From: Granulicella sp.
GTDB taxonomy: Bacteria; Acidobacteriota; Terriglobia; Terriglobales; Acidobacteriaceae
NCBI GenBank assembly: GCA_027339965.1
Contig: DAHWNL010000080.1
Coordinates: 1-23,791 of the forward strand
DNA: 23,791 nucleotides
Direction of reading: 5' to 3'
In this document: positions 16,683 to 23,791 of the stretch, in pieces
Layout of the letters: every line of letters starts with the position of its first letter
How positions within the stretch are numbered: the first letter of the stretch is position 1
Notes under the pieces: model-generated
Told to the model about the DNA's origin: nothing
Seen by the model: only the letters and a program-made list of their open reading frames with translations
Databases searched by the model: none
Program-made: the position numbers and the translations under genes

Positions 16683-18296
16683 TTAGCGCAGTTGCGGCGG
16701 GCGACTCGGAGTTCCGTAGCAGGTTCCCTGCGAAAAGGGCATCAATTGGTAAAGCACCAGATTCTGCCGCTTGGGATCGTCAAAGACCCGAAAGCGCGCC
16801 ACTTCGATCATCCGGTACCGTCGTCCCATCTGCTGGATCGTCGGGCTCTCCCAGCCCGGCCACGCCGCGAACCATCGCGGCTTGTACCTCCTCAAAGTCA
16901 CATCCAGGCCGTGCGGATCCAGGCTCGCGCAGACCGCCGGCATTCCAGTCCATAAAGTGATGTCGTCTCCGCTATCGGAGAGCAGGACCGAGGGAGCTTT
17001 GTCTTTCTGCGCGCCATCCATGGCGCCGATCACTGCCGCAATCCCTTGCGCAGCGTTCCAGAAGCTGTACTCCGGATGGAGCGTAAATTCTACTGTCTGG
17101 ATCGCCATCCCGGAGACTGCGACCGCCAACGCTCCTGTCACCACCGCAGCAGGCAGGAGGCGGGTCCATCCGCCTGCTGCTGCGCGGGCGCGGTCCCATA
17201 GCGCCGCTGCGCTCAATCCCACCACGACCGCAGTCGGCATGGCGACGACCAAGTAATATCTCGGCTGGAAGTTCGTGTGATAGCCGATGTACGCCAAGTC
17301 CCCCAAGATCGCAATCACCGCGGCGCCGAACAGTGGGACTCTCCACAGATCTCTCAGCCATACCAGGGACAGGAGTCCCATTGCCGCAGCCAGAGGGAAC
17401 AGCACAGGATTGATCCACCCGCCATCGCGCAGCGCCACCCATGCCATCTTGGGAACGATGCTCAGATGCGCATGATAGGCGTTGATCTCGAACAAGAAGC
17501 GGTAGTCGCCGAGATAGTGGGGCCGGACCAGCAGGCGCAGGTAGCCTTCCCAAAGCACTGCCGCAGTCACGACTGGAACAGCCATGGCCGAAACCCCGCG
17601 CCAAAGATCACGGCCCCACAGGCGACGGAGGCTCTCTTTCCCGGCCAAGCTGGGCCGTTCCCACCCCATTGCCATCATGTACAGCACCGCGGGGACAAGC
17701 ACGACTCCGGTGACTTTGGTCAAGACCAGCAGAAAAATCAGCACCCCCAAAAAGAGCTGACGCCATCGACTCTCGCGTGGGGTCTCACCGGCCAGCCACA
17801 GCGCCAGCATCATCCAGAACACGGTCACCGGTTCCAGTATGGCAAGCCGGTCAAAGCAGGAGCAGAAAGGATTGATCGCCGTCAGTAGAACGACTCCTGC
17901 TGCCAGTCCTCCGGGTCTTGCCCGCTTCACCAAACGGTACAGCAGCACCAGAGAGACGCCGTAGAGCAGCATGGTGAGGGTGCGGGCCGCGACCATGCCC
18001 ACACCGAATGCGGCGAACCACCCAGCCAGCATGAGCGGCCACGCCGGCATGGCCACGGACGGATTGAAGGAGTCGGGAAGGTACCAGCGCCCCTGAACGA
18101 AGTGATGGATCGCAGCTCCGCCGTACCATCCCTCATCGGTCATCTTCGACCAGTCCATCCACGGGGAGCCGTTGGGAAAGTCTGCCCGGAGGTGGATGAA
18201 CCCCGCGAGGTAAAACCCTGCGCTTAAGAGCATAAGGAGACCCGTCAGCCAGCGACCTGTGGTTGTCTCGTTGCTTTGTTTGGGGGGCTGTTCCAA
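16683..18296 (-). CDS. GT-C fold glycosyltransferase (ArnT/PMT_2-like)
   Basis: 537 aa, TTG start. MTDEGWY acidic motif after TM1, DRLAILEP, LTKVTG, FQPRYY; many TM segments. Confidence 0.78.
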   Translation of the reverse strand: MEQPPKQSNETTTGRWLTGLLMLLSAGFYLAGFIHLRADFPNGSPWMDWSKMTDEGWYGGAAIHHFVQGRWYLPDSFNPSVAMPAWPLMLAGWFAAFGVGMVAARTLTMLLYGVSLVLLYRLVKRARPGGLAAGVVLLTAINPFCSCFDRLAILEPVTVFWMMLALWLAGETPRESRWRQLFLGVLIFLLVLTKVTGVVLVPAVLYMMAMGWERPSLAGKESLRRLWGRDLWRGVSAMAVPVVTAAVLWEGYLRLLVRPHYLGDYRFLFEINAYHAHLSIVPKMAWVALRDGGWINPVLFPLAAAMGLLSLVWLRDLWRVPLFGAAVIAILGDLAYIGYHTNFQPRYYLVVAMPTAVVVGLSAAALWDRARAAAGGWTRLLPAAVVTGALAVAVSGMAIQTVEFTLHPEYSFWNAAQGIAAVIGAMDGAQKDKAPSVLLSDSGDDITLWTGMPAVCASLDPHGLDVTLRRYKPRWFAAWPGWESPTIQQMGRRYRMIEVARFRVFDDPKRQNLVLYQLMPFSQGTCYGTPSRPPQLR

Positions 18297-18492
18297 CCTC
18301 TACACCCTTTGCTCTGGAGCCATCACTACATGCAGTTAATATCACAAAGGCTTCCTGCCGCCATATCGAGGTTCGCTTTACTGCCTGCGAATGAAACCCG
18401 ATTCCGATGTACTCTGGTTTTGCTTTGTAGTCTTCAGCCGAGCGTCAGAGGCGCGTTCCGAAACGATCTTGAAGTTTTGCCCAAGGGGGGCA

Positions 18493-20293
18493 TTGCAACT
18501 CGTTCGCAGATTTCGACTATCAGTCCTGTTCTGCGCTCTGGCATTGCTGATCTGCGAGCTCCTTAGCCGGCCGTACGCCAACATGGGGGTGTGCGACGAC
18601 TGGCCCTACATCTTGATGACCCGGAGTCTGGCCCGGACCGGACATGTGGTCTATAACGGCTGGGCCGCTCCGATGCTGGTGTGGCAACTTTATCTTGGGG
18701 CTGGGTTCATCAAGGTGTTCGGTTATTCGCTCACAATAGTGCGGATGAGCACCCTGCTGGTGGCCATGATGCTGGTATTTGTGTTGCAGCGGACCTTTGT
18801 GCGGGCTGGCATCAACGAGCGGAATGCAACCATCGGCACGCTGGCGCTGGTGCTCTCGCCGCTTTATCTCATGCTTTCGGCCACCTTCATGAGCGATATC
18901 CATGGCCTCTTCGCCATCGTGCTCTGCCTGTACGGGTGTTTGCGAGTCCTCCAGGCGGAAAGCTCCCTCGCTGCGATCGCCTGGCTGTGCTTTGCTGTGG
19001 CGGGAGATGCAGTGTGCGGCGCCTCGCGGCAGATTGCCTGGCTGGGAATCCTGGTGATGGTGCCTTGCGCTCTTTGGTTACTGCGGGAGAGACGGAACGT
19101 TTTTCTCTGGGGTGGCGCTGCAACGTTTTGCGGGAGTGCTGTTTATCGTTGGCTGTCTATATTGGCTCAAGTTGCAGCCCTATTCGATCCCTGAGCATCT
19201 CCTCCCCAGCGCCTTCCCTGTGGGGCAGACGCTCTGGGAGCTGGTCTTGACCTTTCTGGATGCTCCGCTTTTGCTGTTTCCAATCGTCGCCTTGTTTCTG
19301 CCTGAGATTCGCCGATGTAGTCGGCGTTCGACTGTGCTTGCCGGCATTTTGTTCCTGGGTTATTTGGTGTTGGCGATCTATCCGAGTCACTTGCGCGGTG
19401 ACTTTCCTCTTGAGCCCATGTCGGGGGCCATCGGGGAGTGGGTTAATCCGCAGGCCATCTTTGGGTGGCTGCTCCTGAAGGAACGTGCCCCCGTGGTTCT
19501 CGGCACCGGGGTGAGAGTAGTGCTGACCGCAGTCTCGTTCGGCGGATGGTTTGGCATGATGTGTTCGCTCCTGCACCACAGTCTCTGGACGGATGCAGGG
19601 GATGCCTCTTCCGATTTCTCCCGTGTTTTGGGTCTCCGGGGTGTGTCCTGGCGGCAGCTCGGCGTTCTGCTTGTTCCTTTCAGCGTAGCCTACGGTCTTC
19701 TGCTTCTTCCCCGCTCCGCGACTAGCGGGCTCCACGACCGTTATCTGTTGGGGCTGCTGCCGGTGGCTTTGTTGTGCATGATTCGCTACTATCAGGAGCG
19801 CATTCATCTCCGGATGCCCCAGATGGGTGTCCTGCTGGTGGGAGCCATGGCGATCTACAGTGCGTGTGTTGTTCACGACATGTTTTCTCTCTATCGCGCT
19901 CGCGTGGAGTTAGCTGCCGAGCTACGTTCCGATGGCGTATCCGACAGCTCGGTGGACAACGGGTGGGAGTACAACTTCGGCGCAGAACTGCATTACGCCG
20001 ACCACATCAACGAGCGCAAGATTGCGGTGCCGGCCAATGCCTACCTTCCCAGGGCGCCACAGCCCGCCGGGATGTGTGCAATGAATCAGTACGATAAGAC
20101 GCCACATATTTTCCCGCTCTATGGCGTCTCGTTCGACCCTGACGCGTGTTACGGGATGGCGCCATTTGCCCCAGTTCATTACTCGCGATGGCTGGGACGC
20201 AAGCAAGGAACTCTGTACGCGGTCTACTACTTCCCGCCCAGTGAGAGAGTAGCGGCCTATGGGGGCACCAGCCGACCGGCAACAAAACGGTGA
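18493..20293 (+). pseudogene. GT-C fold glycosyltransferase split by a +1 frameshift (ORFs 18391-19194 and 19112-20293)
   Basis: N-half has VCDDWPY..NGWAAPML and TFMSDIHG; C-half has HDRYLL and DNGWEYN. Deleting one T from TTTT (19126-19129) gives a continuous hydrophobic ...GAATFAGVLFIVGC. Likely start is TTG 18493 after AAGGGGGG. Confidence 0.72.
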
Positions 20294-20507
20294 ATCCGCC
20301 CATGAAGAAGAGGGAGAGGCGCTGCGGTCAGGCTTTCGCCCCGTCGGCGGTCGAAGAACAAAAAGGCTCCTCACAGGATGGAGCGGAAGTTCCGCTTGCC
20401 GTGTACACTCAAAGCCAAATGGCAAAAGATGTCCGGAGAGCGAACGGATGAGAGACAGTGTTCCATGCGTGGCTCAATCGGTTTGGCTCAATCCTTGAGG
20501 TTAAGGC

Positions 20508-21797
20508 ATGGCTCGTGTTGTGGTGATTGGGGCGGGAGCGATGGGGTTGGCAGCGGGATACCGCGCCGCCAAAGATGGGAATCAGGTGGATGTGATCGAG
20601 GCTGCCCCGGATCCCGGTGGAATGGCCGGGCACTTTGAATTCGGCGGGCTATCGCTGGAGCGGTTTTATCACTTCGTCTGTCTCTCCGATCGGCCCACCT
20701 TTGAACTGATGAAGGAATTGGGCATCGAGGATAAGATGAGGTGGCGCAAGACGACGATGGGTTACTTTGATGGGACGCTGCACTCATGGGGAGACCCGAT
20801 CGCGCTGCTGCGATACCCGAAGCTGACCCTGCTGGAGAAGATGCGCTATGGGCTGTTTGCTTATGTGTGCGTTCGCCGGAACCGATGGCCGGCCATCGAG
20901 CATGAGCCGGCCAAGATATGGATCATTCGCTGGTGCGGACAGAAGATCTACGACTGGTTCTGGAAACCCCTGTTCGACCATAAGTTTTATGAGTATGCCG
21001 ACAACATCTCGGCAGCGTGGATCTGGACGCGCATCCGGCGTATCGGCCGTTCGCGAGCCGGTATCCTGGAGGAGAGACTGGGGTATATCGAGGGAGGGTC
21101 CATCACGCTGGTCAATGCTCTCGTGGAAGAGATCAAGGCGCATGGTGGACGGGTCCATCTGGCGACGCCGGCCGAGCGCGTGACGACCGCTGATGGCAGG
21201 GTGACGGGCGTGCAGACGGGCAAGGGCTCTTTCCCCGCCGATGCGGTGATCTGCACCGTGCCGACGCCGATGGTGAATGCGCTGGTGCCGGATCTGCCGG
21301 AGGATTGGAAGCAGCGCTATGCGGCCATCCACAACATCGGCGTGATCTGCGTGATCTTCAAGCTGGCGCGCTCGGTGACGCCGCACTTCTGGGTGAACGT
21401 CTCCGTGCCGGAAATCGAGATTCCGGGGGTCATCGAATTCTCCAACCTGCGCCGGGTGGGTGACGATTCGATCGTCTACGTCCCGTATTACATGCCGGTG
21501 ACGCATCCCAAGTTCGCTTGGCCGGACGAGCAGCTTTTGGCCGAGGCGCTCTCGTGTTTGCAGCAGATCAACCCGCAGTTGACTCAAGCCGACGTGCGTG
21601 ACACCAAGGTTGCCCGCCTGCGCTACGGGCAGCCCATCTGCGAACCTGGATTCGCGGCCAAGATCCCGCCGGTAAAGACCCCGATCGTGGGTTTGCAGAT
21701 CGCCGACACCTGTTTCTACTATCCGGAGGACCGCGGCATCGCCGAGAGCGTCCGCCTGGGGGCGGCGATGGCCGAGGCCGTTGGGGAATCAAACTGA
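20508..21797 (+). CDS. NAD(P)/FAD-dependent oxidoreductase (amine oxidase / protoporphyrinogen oxidase-like)
   Basis: VVVIGAGAMGLAA, IEA...GGMA, LERFYHF, LGYIEGG, YYPEDRGIAESV. GAGG SD. Confidence 0.88.
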   Translation: MARVVVIGAGAMGLAAGYRAAKDGNQVDVIEAAPDPGGMAGHFEFGGLSLERFYHFVCLSDRPTFELMKELGIEDKMRWRKTTMGYFDGTLHSWGDPIALLRYPKLTLLEKMRYGLFAYVCVRRNRWPAIEHEPAKIWIIRWCGQKIYDWFWKPLFDHKFYEYADNISAAWIWTRIRRIGRSRAGILEERLGYIEGGSITLVNALVEEIKAHGGRVHLATPAERVTTADGRVTGVQTGKGSFPADAVICTVPTPMVNALVPDLPEDWKQRYAAIHNIGVICVIFKLARSVTPHFWVNVSVPEIEIPGVIEFSNLRRVGDDSIVYVPYYMPVTHPKFAWPDEQLLAEALSCLQQINPQLTQADVRDTKVARLRYGQPICEPGFAAKIPPVKTPIVGLQIADTCFYYPEDRGIAESVRLGAAMAEAVGESN

Positions 21798-21822
21798 AAC
21801 TCGCACAAGATAACTGAAGACT

Positions 21823-22758
21823 ATGGCAACGAGAAAGATTGTGATTACGGGGGCCGCGGGCCTGGTGGGGCAGAACCTGCTGCCGCGCTTACAGAGTCGG
21901 AGCCTGGGCGAACTGGTTGCCATCGACAAGCACCCTAAGAACACGGCGATTTTGAGAGATCTGCATCCCGGACTGCGCGTGCTGGAGGCGGACCTGGCTG
22001 AACCCGGAGCCTGGCAGCAGGAGTTGGAGGGTTGCACGCATCTGATGATTGGCCACGCGCAGATAGGCGGGCTGTTCTCTGCCGATTATGTGCGCAACAA
22101 TATCACGGCCACCGAAAGGTTGTTGGAGGCTGCGCTGCGTTTCCATGTGCCCTATGCCGTCAACATCTCCTCCTCCGTGGTGAACTCGATGGCCGTGGAT
22201 GATTACACGGAGACCAAAAAAGCGCAGGAGGCGCTGATCACAGCATCAGGAATACGACAGGTTGTGCTCCGGCCCACCCTGATGTTTGGATGGTTCGATC
22301 GCAAGCACGTGGGATGGCTGGCCCGCTTCATGCAGCGAGTGCCTGTCTTTCCGGTTCCAGGGGATGGGCGGTTTCTCCGCCAACCTTTGTATGCGGGAGA
22401 CTTTGCCGACATCATCACTTCGGCCATTGAACATGAGACTACGGGAGCCTACAACATTACCGGCATGGAGCGGATCGACTACATTGACCTGATCCGGCTG
22501 CTGAAGCAGGCTGCGGGAGCCCGAGCGCGGATTGTGAGGCTTCCCTACCGGGTCTTCTGGACGCTGTTGAAGATCAATGCTCTGTGGGACAAGAATCCGC
22601 CGTTTACGGCGCGGCAACTGGAGGCGTTGGTGACGCCGGATGTCTTTGAAGTGATCGACTGGCCGGGGATCTTTTCCGTGCGATCGACGCCGCTCAAGGA
22701 GGCGTTCTACTCCACCTTCCGTGACCCGGTGTACTCGAAGGTGACACTGGAGTTCTGA
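21823..22758 (+). CDS. NAD-dependent epimerase/dehydratase (extended/atypical SDR)
   Basis: ITGAAGLVG, ISSS, YTETK (YxxxK), LRPTLMFG. 25 nt after the oxidoreductase, so probably the same operon. Confidence 0.88.
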   Translation: MATRKIVITGAAGLVGQNLLPRLQSRSLGELVAIDKHPKNTAILRDLHPGLRVLEADLAEPGAWQQELEGCTHLMIGHAQIGGLFSADYVRNNITATERLLEAALRFHVPYAVNISSSVVNSMAVDDYTETKKAQEALITASGIRQVVLRPTLMFGWFDRKHVGWLARFMQRVPVFPVPGDGRFLRQPLYAGDFADIITSAIEHETTGAYNITGMERIDYIDLIRLLKQAAGARARIVRLPYRVFWTLLKINALWDKNPPFTARQLEALVTPDVFEVIDWPGIFSVRSTPLKEAFYSTFRDPVYSKVTLEF

Positions 22759-22800
22759 TGTGATCTCGTGGCGATTGATTTGTCGGATTGCCCAAGCGGC

Positions 22801-23589
22801 CTAAACTGCCAGCACCTTGACGCCGCGAGTCTGAAAGGCGGTAACGGTCTCTTCCGAGATGCCATCATCGGTAATCAGCATATCGATCTCTTCAGGCGCG
22901 CAGATCACGGCCGGGCTGACCGAGCCGATCTTGCTGGAGTCCGCCACCACAACCACCTGCCGTGACTGTCGTTCCATAGCCCGGAAGACGGCGGCCTCCT
23001 CCGGCTCGATCATGGTGGCTCCACGCTGGGGATCCATGCCGGTCACGCTCAAAAACAGCCTGTCCATCACGAACATCTGCAGCGTCTCCATGGCTGCCGG
23101 ACCCACCAGAGAAAAGGCTCCGGCCCAAAGCATGGCTCCGCCGGTCATGGTGGTGCGCAGCCGGGAGTTTGAGCTGAGCTCCATGCCGATGTTGACGGCA
23201 TTGGTAATGATGTGAATGTCGCGCCGGTGAGCCAACTGACGCGCCACCAGCGTGGTGGTGGTGCCGGCGGCCAGCCCAACGGTCTCGTTTTCCTGCACCA
23301 GCGCCGCGGCGGCGTTCGCAATGCGTTGCTTCTCGGCAGCGAAGCGATCCTCTCGCACCGCGAAGGCGGCATCAAAGCGAAACGGCTCATAGACGGCAGC
23401 GTTGCCGCTCAGCATGGCTCCGCCATGGGTGCGATGCACTAGCCCGCTCTCTTCCAATCGCACCAGATCCCGCCGAATGCTGGCGGGCGAGGCGGCCAAC
23501 GCGGTAGTCAGCTCCTCCACTGAGGTCTTGCCGTGCTTCAGCAGCAGTCGCAGAATATCCTTGGCGCGTCTATCGGTTTTGGAGGACAT
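22801..23589 (-). CDS. DeoR/GlpR family transcriptional regulator
   Basis: HTH ASPASIRRDLVRLE, RTHGGA, EKQRIA, AGTTT, IITNAVNI, VADSSK, LITD. ATG at 23589 preferred to the upstream TTG at 23652. Confidence 0.93.
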   Translation of the reverse strand: MSSKTDRRAKDILRLLLKHGKTSVEELTTALAASPASIRRDLVRLEESGLVHRTHGGAMLSGNAAVYEPFRFDAAFAVREDRFAAEKQRIANAAAALVQENETVGLAAGTTTTLVARQLAHRRDIHIITNAVNIGMELSSNSRLRTTMTGGAMLWAGAFSLVGPAAMETLQMFVMDRLFLSVTGMDPQRGATMIEPEEAAVFRAMERQSRQVVVVADSSKIGSVSPAVICAPEEIDMLITDDGISEETVTAFQTRGVKVLAV

Positions 23590-23791
23590 ACAGGCTACCT
23601 GTAGAGTGTATCTTATACAACCCGAGTCGGCTCCGTCTGTGTGGCCAAGCAATCCAGGGTTTCGCGGAGGCGACGAACGTCCTGTTCGCGGACTCCAAAG
23701 CGCACGGGTTCCTCCGCGTGCTCCCCCAACAGGATGTGCGGATTGGAGTAGCGGGCCGGGCTGGGCACGCGGGCGCGCAGGGAGGTGTGTA

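Noticed and set aside
20508..21797. Calling the oxidoreductase hemY
   Set aside because: Shares only the general fold motifs; the context is glycosylation, with no heme genes nearby.

Overview
GC-rich bacterial chromosomal window. Gene style and content suggest Acidobacteriota (Terriglobia-like); this is inference. The core-like genes are two tandem ArnT-like GT-C glycosyltransferases, ppx/gppA converging on sixA, a SAM methyltransferase next to a UbiA-like membrane protein, a GH57 branching enzyme, a YtxH/DUF948-like pair, mnmA and a DeoR regulator. There are two accessory patches. The first (~7.1-8.7 kb) is a PrlF-YhaV-type toxin-antitoxin pair, each gene with an apparent 1-nt frameshift, facing an intact Abi-alpha (DUF4393)-like gene. 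The second (~16.4-22.8 kb) has an MFS remnant, two divergent GT-C genes (one split at a T run) and an FAD oxidoreductase plus SDR pair. The best unannotated signals are a 51-codon, 33% proline ORF (6654-6809, minus) whose stop overlaps the sixA start (ATGA), and a ~200-nt multi-hairpin element with mutually exclusive helices at 13057-13250. No rRNA, tRNA, CRISPR array, integrase or transposase was seen. All family calls come from motif recognition, not database searches.
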